The notes under the pieces: generated by a model
Told to the model about the DNA's origin: nothing
The model's database searches: none
The model's input: only the letters and a program-made list of their open reading frames with translations
Program-made: the position numbers and the translations under genes
Part shown: positions 1 to 10,007 of the stretch, piece by piece
Layout: each line of letters opens with the position of its first letter
How positions within the stretch are numbered: position 1 is the stretch's first letter
Origin: an uncultured cyanobacterium
Lineage (GTDB): Bacteria; Cyanobacteriota; Cyanobacteriia; CAKZMO01
Assembly: GCA_963719515.1 (NCBI GenBank)
Contig: CAVRCJ010000008.1
Span: forward strand, 1-64,000
Direction of reading: 5' to 3'
DNA: 64,000 nt

Positions 1-14
1 CTAAACGCACTATC

Positions 15-428
15 ATGACTCTGATTCGAAAAAACAAAGACATTCTGCGGGGCGTTCTTGCGGTTTGCATGGTGGTGGCTGGGGTGCTGCATTTTGCGGC
101 GAGCGAGCCATTCGTAAAAATCGTGCCGGGAGCTTTACCGTTTCCGGAAGCGATCGTCTACGTCAGCGGCGTGATTGAAATTGTGCTCGGCATTATGCTG
201 CTCATTCGCCCGCTGCAGCGGATTGCGGGGTGGGGGCTGGTGCTGCTGTTTGTTGCCGTTTATCCGGCAAACATCAACATGGCGGTGAATCAGATTCACC
301 TAGAGGGCATTCCAGATTCGCCGTGGTTTCACGCAGTGCGGCTGCCGTTTCAGTTCGTGCTGATTGCCTGGGCCTATTGGTACACAAGGCCAGAGGGTGA
401 GCCGCTGGATGGCCCAGTACAGCAATAG
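15..428 (+). CDS. DoxX-like membrane protein
   Basis: 137 aa with four hydrophobic segments; AGVLHF, SGVIEI, VYPANINMA and RLPFQ motifs. Confidence 0.75.
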   Translation: MTLIRKNKDILRGVLAVCMVVAGVLHFAASEPFVKIVPGALPFPEAIVYVSGVIEIVLGIMLLIRPLQRIAGWGLVLLFVAVYPANINMAVNQIHLEGIPDSPWFHAVRLPFQFVLIAWAYWYTRPEGEPLDGPVQQ

Positions 429-562
429 GCCTCTAGCCTCTGGCACCGGCCTCTGGCTCTGGCTCTGGACCCTGGCACTGGCCGCCACAGAAGGCGATCG
501 CACTCCGGTTTGGTACAATGCCGGTGGGTAGAGATTAAGGAATTTGGGCTTCTATTTTTACT

Positions 563-2155
563 ATGGCGTCATTTCAGCGAAGGCTGCCATTGCCTAGCTT
601 TGTCGGTGCTGCGATCGCCATTTTTAGCCTCAGCTTAGCGGGCTGTAATTCTCCTCCCGAAACGCTCAAGCTTTCGACCGGATCGTCCTCAGGCTACTAC
701 TATCGTTTGGGTCAGCAAATTGAAGCTTCTGTTGAGGACACCGTAAACCTCGACATCGAAGTTCAGGAGTCGAAGGGCTCGCTGGATAACCTGCAGCAGC
801 TCCTCGACGGTAATATCGATATGGCTTTGGTGCAGCTCGACGTTGCCGAAGAAAAGATGAAAGCGGGCCAGGTGAGGGCGATCGCCGTTCTTGCCCAAGA
901 GCATGTCCACCTCATTGGCCGTCAGGCGACGGCATCAAGCGCTGGTGCGGCCCAAAACCCCGACGTTGAGCCCAATCAGCTGTCTGACCTAAACGGTAAA
1001 ACCCTTGCCATTGGCGCTGTTGGTAGCGGTATTCGCTTCACCGCTGAGCAGCTGCTCACGGCAGCTCGCCTAGAGGCTCCGGAGGCCGTTCAAGTCAACG
1101 ACGCCAATTTTAGTGATGCCCTGGATCTATTGAGTCAGGGCGAAGTGGACGCAGCTTTTTACGTGGGTCGTCTGGGGGCTAACGAGCGATTGCGGGAGGC
1201 CTTTGCTAGCGATTCCGCGCTAAAGCTGCTGTCTGTTTCTCCTGGATTGGTCAACTTCCTAGCGATTCAAAATCCAGGGGTTTATCAGGCCGGGACGATT
1301 CCCGAGGGGATCTACGGCGTCTCCCCCAACGTTCCGAATCAAACCTTGACCACGCTGTCGACGCCGACCGTGCTGGTTACCCGCCCAGACGTCAGCTCAA
1401 AGGCGGTCCGCTTGACGACTTGGTCAATTGTGGCAACGGCTCGGCGCTATACCGCCTTCTATCCGGAACTGCAGTCAGAAGATCCCAATGTGCTGCTGCG
1501 CCAGGGGCTGTTCTTTGTCCATCCTGATGCCGTAGCCGTCTATGAATATGGCGATCCGCGTCAGGCGTGGGTCCGCTATTGGGAAAACAACAGCGACCTG
1601 CAGGCCGGAATTTTTATTTTGGTAGGGACGAGCGTCATCGGCATGGTCTTGCAGTACTGGCGCAAACAGCGCTCTAAACATTTAGTCAATCGCATCTATC
1701 GGCGCATTCTTGAGGTCAACGAGCTGCTGACCGAATCGCCTCAAGACGCGCTGCGAGAAATTGACGCGCTGAGCCAGGACAATCGTCTACAGCTGATTGT
1801 GGGTAAGCTTCCCGAAGAAGTTTATGCACAAGTTCAGCAAAAAACCCAAAGCTTTAGCGACCAGTGCCGCTCTGTAATTGCTCAACAGCGCAAGGAGAAA
1901 ATTCTGAGTACCTTACTGCTGCTCGACGATTGGCAAGCGACCCTGCAAGCTGACCCTCAAGCCGCCCTCAGCAAGCTTGGGCAAATTAAGCAACAGTACC
2001 GAGATATGCTGCTGGCCAATGAAGTCGACATCCAGGCCTATATGGAGCTCACGGAGCTGACGCTAATTTCGGTGATGACCCTAGCGCCAGAGCAGAGGCG
2101 AGCGGTAGAGGTGAGTCCGGTGCTGTCCCCTACCGGTTCGGTAGCTCCGGAATAG
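563..2155 (+). CDS. TAXI-family TRAP solute-binding lipoprotein with C-terminal TM helix and helical tail
   Basis: Lipobox LAGC; TGSSSGYY, GSLDNL, GAVGSG and HPDA motifs; hydrophobic segment LQAGIFILVGTSVIGMVL. Confidence 0.75.
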   Translation: MASFQRRLPLPSFVGAAIAIFSLSLAGCNSPPETLKLSTGSSSGYYYRLGQQIEASVEDTVNLDIEVQESKGSLDNLQQLLDGNIDMALVQLDVAEEKMKAGQVRAIAVLAQEHVHLIGRQATASSAGAAQNPDVEPNQLSDLNGKTLAIGAVGSGIRFTAEQLLTAARLEAPEAVQVNDANFSDALDLLSQGEVDAAFYVGRLGANERLREAFASDSALKLLSVSPGLVNFLAIQNPGVYQAGTIPEGIYGVSPNVPNQTLTTLSTPTVLVTRPDVSSKAVRLTTWSIVATARRYTAFYPELQSEDPNVLLRQGLFFVHPDAVAVYEYGDPRQAWVRYWENNSDLQAGIFILVGTSVIGMVLQYWRKQRSKHLVNRIYRRILEVNELLTESPQDALREIDALSQDNRLQLIVGKLPEEVYAQVQQKTQSFSDQCRSVIAQQRKEKILSTLLLLDDWQATLQADPQAALSKLGQIKQQYRDMLLANEVDIQAYMELTELTLISVMTLAPEQRRAVEVSPVLSPTGSVAPE

Positions 2156-2173
2156 ACTGAAATCACGCTGGCT

Positions 2174-5100
2174 CTACCCGTAAATAGGGTGCGGCACAGG
2201 CGCTAAACGCGGCTGGCCAGAAGTCGACCTGCCCCTCGTAATCAACATATACACCGCCGGCACAAAGTACAGCGCCAGCAGCGACGCTCCCGCAATGCCC
2301 CCCATGATTGCAACCACCAGCGGTCGCCAAAATGGGTTCCCATCTAGCAGCAGTGGCGCAAAGCCCACCATCGTCGTCACCGTCGTGGTGAGGACGTGGC
2401 GGGTGGCCTTTAGCAGCACCCGCTGCACCGCTTTGGGGTCGCCCTGACTGGCCTCCGAATCGTCGTTGAGCGCCGTCAACACCACGATTGAGTCGTTGAT
2501 CGCAATCCCCGCTAACCCCATGCTGCCGATGATCGCCATAAAGCCCAGCAGCGATCCAAACAGCTTGAGGGACAGCAAGGCCATGCCGATGGAACCCACC
2601 GCCACCGCCGCGATGATGCCCGCCTGACGGAAAGACTCCAAAGACAGCACCAGCGCCGTCACCATCACCAGCAGTAGAATCGGCACAAACAGCAGCAGGT
2701 TGCCGATCGCGTCGCCCTGCTCTTCAGACTCGCCGCCGAACTCGTAGCGGTATCCAGGCGGTAGCTCAAAACCTGTTGCCTCAAGCCGCTCTTGAAACGC
2801 GGCGAGCACGGTGCTGGGCAGCACTCCAGCGGTAATAAACGCCTGCACCGTATTGACGCGCTCCTCATTGCGGCGAGCAATGCTGGCGAGCTGGGGCGTC
2901 AGCTCAAACTCACCCAGGGCCGAGGTGGGGCGAAACTTCCGGCCCTGGGCCTGGTCAGGCTGCAGGTCTAGAGAGGCCAGCGCGTCGAGGCTAGCGCGAT
3001 CGCCATTGGCCAGCCGCACCCGTACGGGCAGGTTTTCGGTGGACTCCAAAATCGCTCCGCCGGTTACCCCTTCCGAGTAGGCCGCTAGCTGCTGGGCCAC
3101 GCCCGTATTGGTCAGGCCCGCCTGCCGCACCTGCTCATCGTCTAGGGACAGGCTCAGCTTGGGCTGCCCTTCGGTCAGGTCATCGCGGGCGTGAACCACG
3201 TCAGGAACGGTGGCTAACAGGGCGCGCACCTCCATGCCGAGGCGGCGCAGCTCGTCAATATTGGGGCCGTAAATGCGCATTTCGATGGGGGCATCGAAGG
3301 GAGGCCCCTGCTGAAACTTCTGGACGATGACGCGAGCTGAGGGAAACCGCTGATTCAGCTCCCCCTGCAGCTCCTGCACCAGTGTCGTCACCCCCTCTTG
3401 AGAGGTGAGCTGCACCATGGCCTGGGCGTAGTTGGCCTGGTTTTTTTGGTTGCCCTTGAGGTTGTAGTAAAACCGAGGCGCACTCTCCCCCACAAACCAG
3501 TGGACCGCCGCCACGGTCTCATGCTCTAGAATTACCTCGCGGACCTCTATGACCTTTTCGCGGGTCTCTTTGATGGCGGTTTGGGAGGCAAACTCCATTT
3601 CAATATGGAACTGGTCCCGGTCCAGCAGCGGGAAGAATTGATTGTCTAGGGTTCCGGCCAAGATGAAGCCCAGCAGCGGAATAGACAGGGTGATGCCGAT
3701 GGTCAGCAGGGGCCGCGCCACCGCCCGACCAATAGACCACCGGTAGGGCCGGGCCAGCGCGGGCAATGAGATACCCTCGTTCCACCAGGCTCCTGGCCGC
3801 ATCAGAACCCTCATAATTTTGCCGCCAATGCCAAGGCGGTTCTGGCGTAGGGACTGCTGGTACTGCCTGCTGCTGCCGCCCAGCATTCGCCCCGCAAGGG
3901 CAGCAATCACCGTCAGGGAAATCGCCAGGGACGATACCAGCGATAAAATCACGTTGAGGGCGATCGCACCTACAAACTCCCCGGCGCTCCCTGGCATCAA
4001 ATAGATGGGCAAAAAGGTCAGCACGGTGGTGAGGGTAGAGGCCAGCAACGGCACCTTTAGGTAGTTCACCGTTTTCGTGACGGCCTGCAGCGGCTCGTCG
4101 CCGTGCTGCATCTCCATCTGAATTTCATCCACCACGACGATCGCGTTGTCGATCAGCAGACCCAGGGCGATGATCAGCCCCGTCACCGACATCTGGTGAA
4201 TGGGGACGCCAAACACCGTCATCAGGCCAAATACCGCAAAGATGCAAAAGGGCAGCGCGGTGCCCACCACCAGCGCCGATCGCCAGCCCATGGCCACCAG
4301 GGTCACGGCCACCACCAGCGCCGCCCCGATGACGAGATTCAGCATGAGAGTGCTGATGCGGTCGGCGACATAGCCGCTCTGGTCAAAAATCACGTCTAGG
4401 GTGACGCCCTCGGGAAGGCGATCGCGAAACCCAACGATCTGCTCCCGCACGGTGGCCGACCACTGGTCGATGCGTCGTCCCGACTCCATCATCACCCCCA
4501 CTACCACCGCTGGCTGACCGTCAATCAGGGCTAAATCCGTCAGCGGATCGCGGACCCCCCGACTGACGCTGGCCACGTCGCTGAGGCGGGTAAACTGGCC
4601 GCTCCCGGTTTGGATGGGGATTTGCCGCACCTGCTCTAGGGTTTCTAATTCGCTTTCTACCTCCAGGGCAACGGTTTGATTGGGGGTGCGCAGCTGCCCG
4701 GCGCTGGCCTTGGCGTCGCTGAGGCCAATCTGGCCCGCGAGCTGCTGGGGCGACAGGCCGACGCTCACCAGCGCTGCCGCATCGATTTCCACTAAAATCT
4801 CTTCGTCCGGGTTGCCAAAGAAGTCTACTTCTTCAGTTCCGCTCACCCCCCGCATCATCACCCCCAAATCTTCGGCGTAGCGGCGCAGTACGGCGTAGTT
4901 GGGTTCGTCGGGCAGCCGCCAGGTGAGGGAAGCGACAAAGGTATAGGCCTTAACGAGCACCTCATCGAGTTCCGGTTCTAATGCCCCTTCGGGAAAGATG
5001 GCGGAGGCATCGTCCATTTCGTCCCGCACCTTAGACCAGACGGGCTGAGCATTTTTGATGGTTTCCAGCAGCTCCACGGACACGGTGGAGAAGCCCACCC

Positions 5101-5347
5101 GCGAGTCAGACTCGATGACGTTGATTTCTTCAATTTCGGCCAGCTCTTCTTCCAGCACAGTAGTGACCAGCGCCTCCACCCGCTCGGCGCTAGCTCCGGG
5201 AAAGGCGGTGGTGATGACGGCGGCGCGGGACACCAGCTGGGGGTCTTCCTGGCGGGGTAGGGATTGGTAAGCCGAAAACCCCCAGCCCAAAATCAGGATG
5301 ACGGTCAAGACCAGCAGGCGGACGTTGGTGAAAAAGGGGCGAACCAT
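2174..5347 (-). CDS. RND efflux transporter permease (AcrB family)
   Basis: About 1057 aa from ATG 5347; LPRQEDP, GLLIDNAIVVVD and GIAINDSIV motifs. Confidence 0.92.
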   Translation of the reverse strand: MVRPFFTNVRLLVLTVILILGWGFSAYQSLPRQEDPQLVSRAAVITTAFPGASAERVEALVTTVLEEELAEIEEINVIESDSRVGFSTVSVELLETIKNAQPVWSKVRDEMDDASAIFPEGALEPELDEVLVKAYTFVASLTWRLPDEPNYAVLRRYAEDLGVMMRGVSGTEEVDFFGNPDEEILVEIDAAALVSVGLSPQQLAGQIGLSDAKASAGQLRTPNQTVALEVESELETLEQVRQIPIQTGSGQFTRLSDVASVSRGVRDPLTDLALIDGQPAVVVGVMMESGRRIDQWSATVREQIVGFRDRLPEGVTLDVIFDQSGYVADRISTLMLNLVIGAALVVAVTLVAMGWRSALVVGTALPFCIFAVFGLMTVFGVPIHQMSVTGLIIALGLLIDNAIVVVDEIQMEMQHGDEPLQAVTKTVNYLKVPLLASTLTTVLTFLPIYLMPGSAGEFVGAIALNVILSLVSSLAISLTVIAALAGRMLGGSSRQYQQSLRQNRLGIGGKIMRVLMRPGAWWNEGISLPALARPYRWSIGRAVARPLLTIGITLSIPLLGFILAGTLDNQFFPLLDRDQFHIEMEFASQTAIKETREKVIEVREVILEHETVAAVHWFVGESAPRFYYNLKGNQKNQANYAQAMVQLTSQEGVTTLVQELQGELNQRFPSARVIVQKFQQGPPFDAPIEMRIYGPNIDELRRLGMEVRALLATVPDVVHARDDLTEGQPKLSLSLDDEQVRQAGLTNTGVAQQLAAYSEGVTGGAILESTENLPVRVRLANGDRASLDALASLDLQPDQAQGRKFRPTSALGEFELTPQLASIARRNEERVNTVQAFITAGVLPSTVLAAFQERLEATGFELPPGYRYEFGGESEEQGDAIGNLLLFVPILLLVMVTALVLSLESFRQAGIIAAVAVGSIGMALLSLKLFGSLLGFMAIIGSMGLAGIAINDSIVVLTALNDDSEASQGDPKAVQRVLLKATRHVLTTTVTTMVGFAPLLLDGNPFWRPLVVAIMGGIAGASLLALYFVPAVYMLITRGRSTSGQPRLAPVPHPIYG

Positions 5348-5417
5348 GGTGAAGTCTAAAAAGTAACGGTATCTAGCTGCCCGGGCCTTTTTGAGAAGCC
5401 GGGCAGCCAAAACTGGA

Positions 5418-6764
5418 CTAAAGGGGCTGCACCCGCTGACCGGGGACCAGCCGATGCACGCCGCTCGCCACTAAGCGATCGCCCGCCTGTAGCGTTCCTC
5501 TCACGAGAGCGCGATCGCTTTCCTGGTGCAAAATCTCGACCGACTGGGGCTGCACCTCATAGCCCCCCGCGTCCAGTGACTCTTCTGCCGCTGAGACCAC
5601 CCCGTAAGCGCTCCACAGCCCGCGAATGTCTTGGGTCAGCGCCTCCGTCGGCAGCCAAAATCCTGCGCTGGCAATGGTCTCCGTCAGCGTCATGCGCACC
5701 GTCTGGCCGGGGTTAATGCGCGGAATGACAGCAGGCTCCAGCTGAAAGACGACGGTCTGGGTTCGGGTGTCGGGGTCCACCTCCGGCAGCACCGAGGCTA
5801 CGGTAGCCTCGTAGCGGTCTGCGCCCAAATCCACGCTCACCGCATCGCCCGCCTGCAGCTGGTTCGCCGCCTCCACCGGCATGCCAATCCGCGCTTCCGG
5901 AGCGGCATTCTCCACCAGACGCACCACCGACTGCCCCGCACTCACCACGGCTCCTTCATCCACCTGCCGCGCCGAAACAATGCTGTCGAAGGGGGCTTTG
6001 AGGGTGCTCTTGCTGATGTCCACGTCCACGTCAGCGATGCTGGCCTCTAGCTGCTGAACCACGGCCTGCTGCGCCGCCACCTGCTCCGGGCGAGTGCCGT
6101 TGAGCAGCTCATTGAGGTTACTTTTGGCCCGGTCCAGCCGCGCCTCTAGGGCCTCGGCCCCAAAGGCAAACTCATCTAGCTGCTCCCGGGCGATCGCTCC
6201 CTCCTCATACAAAAACTCTCGCCGCGATCGCTGGGCTTCCTGGAGCTGCAGCTGCTTCTCTAGGTCCCGCACCTCGGCCTGGGCCGCCGCAATATCCTCC
6301 TGGCGCGCTCCCCGCTCTAGCTCCAGCAGCCGGGCCTGGGCTTCGGCCTTTTGGGCCTCAAACTGCCGCCGCTGGGCCTGCAGATTTTGGGTGTCGAGCT
6401 GGGCTAGGGCTTGACCAGACGCGACGCGATCGCCCTCTTGGGCCAGTACGTTGATCACCTCGCCGCCGCGCTGAAAGCCCAGATCGCTGCTGCGCAGGGC
6501 CGCAATTTCTCCGGTATAGGCGCGGGACACTTCGTAGCTGCTGACGGACTCCACCGTGAGCGTCTCCACGACTAGGGCGTTGACGCTGGTTTCAGCGGCG
6601 CTCTCCTGCGCCGCGAGCTGGGTGCGGGCGATGGGCACGATGGCGAGCAGCAGCCCAGCAGCCCCTAGGCCAATGAGCCAGCGTGGGTAGCGGGACCGCT
6701 GGAGGGGCGCTTCAGAGACTTCGGTGGGAGTGAGTGCTTCTTGAGGGGATGTGGGGTCAACCAT
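5418..6764 (-). CDS. RND efflux periplasmic adaptor subunit
   Basis: N-terminal TM, lipoyl halves, coiled hairpin, LKAPFD and VDPDTRT motifs; directly upstream of the permease. Confidence 0.9.
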   Translation of the reverse strand: MVDPTSPQEALTPTEVSEAPLQRSRYPRWLIGLGAAGLLLAIVPIARTQLAAQESAAETSVNALVVETLTVESVSSYEVSRAYTGEIAALRSSDLGFQRGGEVINVLAQEGDRVASGQALAQLDTQNLQAQRRQFEAQKAEAQARLLELERGARQEDIAAAQAEVRDLEKQLQLQEAQRSRREFLYEEGAIAREQLDEFAFGAEALEARLDRAKSNLNELLNGTRPEQVAAQQAVVQQLEASIADVDVDISKSTLKAPFDSIVSARQVDEGAVVSAGQSVVRLVENAAPEARIGMPVEAANQLQAGDAVSVDLGADRYEATVASVLPEVDPDTRTQTVVFQLEPAVIPRINPGQTVRMTLTETIASAGFWLPTEALTQDIRGLWSAYGVVSAAEESLDAGGYEVQPQSVEILHQESDRALVRGTLQAGDRLVASGVHRLVPGQRVQPL

Positions 6765-6883
6765 TGGAGGTTATCCAGGCGGTCAATCAGCCTGTATGAA
6801 GTTTTGCCTTATTCATGAGTATCATGATATCTATAAAAATACCAATATCGTTTTAGCATTAAGCCATATCAAAACTGATATCA

Positions 6884-7738
6884 ATGAACCTCAAAACCCT
6901 GCAGTCCTTTATCACTTTGGCCGAAGAGCTGCACTTCGGTCGGGCCGCCCAGCAGTGCGGCGTTTCGCAGCCCGCCATGAGCCGATTGCTGAGTGACCTA
7001 GAGGCAGAGGTGGGCGTGAAGCTGCTCCACCGCACCTCCCGCGACGTCTCTTTGACCCATGCCGGACAGACCTTCCTCAGCTCAGCCCGGCAGGCGATCG
7101 CCCATGTGGATATGGGAATGAGGGCGGCAAAGGCAAGCGTGGTGAACGGCATTGACACCCTCAAGGTGGGCATGATGCTCGGCGTGGCCCAGCCCTATGT
7201 GGGCCGCCTCATCCGCCGCTTTAAAGCTGCCCACCCCGAAACCCGCATCTCGCTGTATCACATCGATGAGCGCTCCATTGGGTCTGCCCTGACCTCTGGC
7301 AAAATTGACCTGGCCGTGGCCTGGGAGGTCTCTATTCCGGCGGGCCTGCACCGCAAAAATCTGGCTAGCGTTCCCCTGTCGGTTTTGGTGCCAACGGGGC
7401 ACCGGCTCGAGCAGCAGGAGACCGTGAGCTTTAGCGACCTCAATGGGGAATCAGTGATTATTCCGGCGCGGGATGGGCAGCCGATTATCTACAACACCTA
7501 CTGCCAATACGCGACTGAATTTGGCTTTAAGCCCACCATCGCCATTGAGGTGGCGACGCACTCTGACCTCTACGCCATGGTGGCCGGCAAGGTCGGGATT
7601 GGAAACGCTCCGGTGGTGGAGGGTCTGCAGTACCCTGGCGTTACGGTCTTGCCCCAGGTGCCGGTGCTAAATCTCAATTATGATTTGGCCTGGGTGAACA
7701 AAACCCGCTCTGTTGAAGGCTTTCTAGAGCTTCTCTGA
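6884..7738 (+). CDS. LysR family transcriptional regulator
   Basis: N-terminal HTH LAEELHFGRAA..VSQPAMSR; divergent from the RND operon. Confidence 0.92.
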   Translation: MNLKTLQSFITLAEELHFGRAAQQCGVSQPAMSRLLSDLEAEVGVKLLHRTSRDVSLTHAGQTFLSSARQAIAHVDMGMRAAKASVVNGIDTLKVGMMLGVAQPYVGRLIRRFKAAHPETRISLYHIDERSIGSALTSGKIDLAVAWEVSIPAGLHRKNLASVPLSVLVPTGHRLEQQETVSFSDLNGESVIIPARDGQPIIYNTYCQYATEFGFKPTIAIEVATHSDLYAMVAGKVGIGNAPVVEGLQYPGVTVLPQVPVLNLNYDLAWVNKTRSVEGFLELL

Positions 7739-7794
7739 TAAGCGTTTAGCTCTAGTCTCTTCTTGAGCAGCTGCGACTGGCGCAGCGATAAAAC

Positions 7795-9210
7795 CTACAG
7801 CACCCGCCCTGACGCCGAGCGCTTCAGATACTGCCCCATTCCGGCGTGGCCTAGCCACTCCTCCCCGTCTACAATGCAGTCCCCGCGCAAAAACACCTTC
7901 TGCACCTTGCCCTGCACCTCGCGGCCCTCAAATAGAGAATAGTCCACGTTGGAGTGGTGGGTGCTGGCGCTGAGGGTGTGGCGGGCATTGGGGTCGAACA
8001 GCACCAGGTCGGCGTCGCTGCCTACGGCGATCGCCCCTTTCTGCGGAAAAAGGCCAAACATCTTGGCGGGCGCGGTGGCGGTGAGCTGCACAAACCGGTT
8101 TAGCGTGATCCGTCCGGCGTGGACGCCGCCGTCGTAGAGCAGGGGCAGCCGAAACTCGACGCCGGGGGCCCCGTTGGGGATTTTGTTGAAGTTGTCGCGG
8201 CCATACTGCTTGGATTTCAGCAGGCCCAAGGGGTTTTCGTTGAAGCAAAAGGGGCAGTGGTCCGTGGAGACGATCTGCAGGTCGTCAAACCGCAGGCCTC
8301 GCCAGAGGGCGTGCTGGCACTTATGGTCCCGCAGCGGCGGCGTCATCACGTATTTGGCGCTCTCGAAGCCGGGGCGATCGTATTCCGACTGGTCTAGAAA
8401 CAGGTAATGGGGGCAGGTCTCGGCGAAGGCAGGAATGCCGCGATCGCGCGCCTCCACCACCGCGTCTAGCGCCTCTTTGGCCGACAGGTGCACAATATAC
8501 ACCGGCACTTCCGCCAGCTCCGCGATGCGAATCACCCGGTGGGTGGCTTCCCCTTCCATCAGCTGGGGGCGGGTGAGCTGGTGATACTTGGGGGAGGTGT
8601 GGCCCGCCTCTAGCGCTTCCTCAATCATCGCCTGAATGACGATGCCGTTTTCCGCATGCAGGTTCACCATGCCGCCGTGGTCGCTCACCTTGCGCATGGT
8701 GCGATAGATGTCGGCATCGTCTACCATCATCACGCCGGGGTAGGCCATGTAGAGCTTGAAGCTGGAGACCCCGTCGCCGCTGATGATGTCGGGCAGCTCG
8801 GACAGGGCATCGGGGGTGACATCGGTGAGAATGACGTGAAAGCCGTAGTCCACGCAGCACTGAGGCTCCGCCGCCGCCAGCCGCCGGTCTAGCGCGGCCT
8901 TGGGGCTATCGCCTTTGAACTGCTGGGCGAAGTCGATGATGGTGGTAGTGCCACCAAAGGCTGCTGAGCGGGTGCCGGATTCAAAGGTATCGCAGGTTTC
9001 GACGCCATTACCCATCGGCGTTTCCATATGCACATGCACGTCGATGCCGCCGGGCATCACCAGCAGGCCACTGGCGTCGTGGGTTTGAGCGTCGCCTACG
9101 CTCAGCTCGCGGGCGATCGCCTCAATTTTGCCGTTCTCGATCAGGATGTCGGCGGTGTAGTCGTCGACGGCGGTGACGATGCGTCCGCCTTTGATTACGG
9201 TTTTGGTCAT
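7795..9210 (-). CDS. hydA: dihydropyrimidinase / hydantoinase
   Basis: PGGIDVHVH, SSFKLYMAY, HAENG, ETCPHYL, STDHCPF and PNGAPGVE motifs. Confidence 0.9.
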   Translation of the reverse strand: MTKTVIKGGRIVTAVDDYTADILIENGKIEAIARELSVGDAQTHDASGLLVMPGGIDVHVHMETPMGNGVETCDTFESGTRSAAFGGTTTIIDFAQQFKGDSPKAALDRRLAAAEPQCCVDYGFHVILTDVTPDALSELPDIISGDGVSSFKLYMAYPGVMMVDDADIYRTMRKVSDHGGMVNLHAENGIVIQAMIEEALEAGHTSPKYHQLTRPQLMEGEATHRVIRIAELAEVPVYIVHLSAKEALDAVVEARDRGIPAFAETCPHYLFLDQSEYDRPGFESAKYVMTPPLRDHKCQHALWRGLRFDDLQIVSTDHCPFCFNENPLGLLKSKQYGRDNFNKIPNGAPGVEFRLPLLYDGGVHAGRITLNRFVQLTATAPAKMFGLFPQKGAIAVGSDADLVLFDPNARHTLSASTHHSNVDYSLFEGREVQGKVQKVFLRGDCIVDGEEWLGHAGMGQYLKRSASGRVL

Positions 9211-9315
9211 AGCGCGTACGGTTCTTTAAAGTGAACCGATTTTAAGGGGTAAGCGTTACGCCGTTGGTATCCTTTCCAGCCGTATGGCCTGACCCGTTGG
9301 CCCTCCCAAAATTAG

Positions 9316-9505
9316 ACCCACCCCGTTGCCCCTCCCAGGAGGGGAAGTGTTTTGGTCTTCGCTTGGGCGTTTTGCGCTCTTTGACAATATGTGGAGGGGT
9401 AAATTGCAGTGGCTAGGAGGCACAGCCGAAAAGAGGCCGCCCGATACAAAACACCCAAACGTAGCCACAGACTTTTCCCTCCTGGGAGGGGCTAACGGGG
9501 TGGGT
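9316..9505. repeat. 190-bp imperfect palindrome upstream of the DUF559 gene
   Basis: ACCCACCCCGTTGCCCCTCCCAGGAGGGGAAGT at 9316 is nearly the reverse complement of ACTTTTCCCTCCTGGGAGGGGCTAACGGGGTGGGT ending at 9505; inner arms TTGGGCGTTTTG/CAAAACACCCAA also pair. Confidence 0.85.
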
Positions 9506-9557
9506 AAGCGACCGGTCGGGCACTCTAACAATCATCTCCCTCTCAATCGCCTGCCCA

Positions 9558-9938
9558 ATGCGCTATCCCATTATCCCCTACAACCCCATCCTCAAAGAAC
9601 GAGCTCGCCAGCTCCGTAAGCGGATGACTCTAGGCGAACGCCATTTGTGGAAACACCTCAAAGGTAAACAGATGCTGGGCTACGACTTCGATCGCCAGCG
9701 CCCTATTAACCACTTCATCGTGGACTTTTACTGCAAAGCGCTTATGCTTGCCATCGAAATTGACGGCTCCTCTCACGATAGCCCCGAGGCCCAAGCCCGC
9801 GACGACATCAGGCAAGGAAGGCTAGAAGCCCTCGGCGTCAGGTTCTTGCGCTTTCGAGAAGGGGCTGCTCGACACAATGTAGACGGTGTTTTGGCAGAAA
9901 TCCGGGCCTGGATAGAAGCAGAGGCAAGCGATCGCTGA
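9558..9938 (+). CDS. DUF559 / Vsr-like endonuclease domain protein
   Basis: ARQLRKRMT..E..LW, FDRQRPI..FIVDFYC, IEIDGSSH and RQGRLEALG motifs. Confidence 0.88.
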   Translation: MRYPIIPYNPILKERARQLRKRMTLGERHLWKHLKGKQMLGYDFDRQRPINHFIVDFYCKALMLAIEIDGSSHDSPEAQARDDIRQGRLEALGVRFLRFREGAARHNVDGVLAEIRAWIEAEASDR

Positions 9939-10007
9939 GCGACTAGAGTTTAGACAAAGCAAACGAGAGAGGCGATCGCTTCTGTGGGGCAGGCGTTAAA
10001 CCGTGGG

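Noticed and set aside
430..483. CTCTGG-like short tandem repeats
   Set aside because: Short, degenerate intergenic microsatellite with no further structure
9256..9619. ORFs 9256-9531 (-) and 9326-9619 (+)
   Set aside because: Frames running through the palindrome, with no protein-like features
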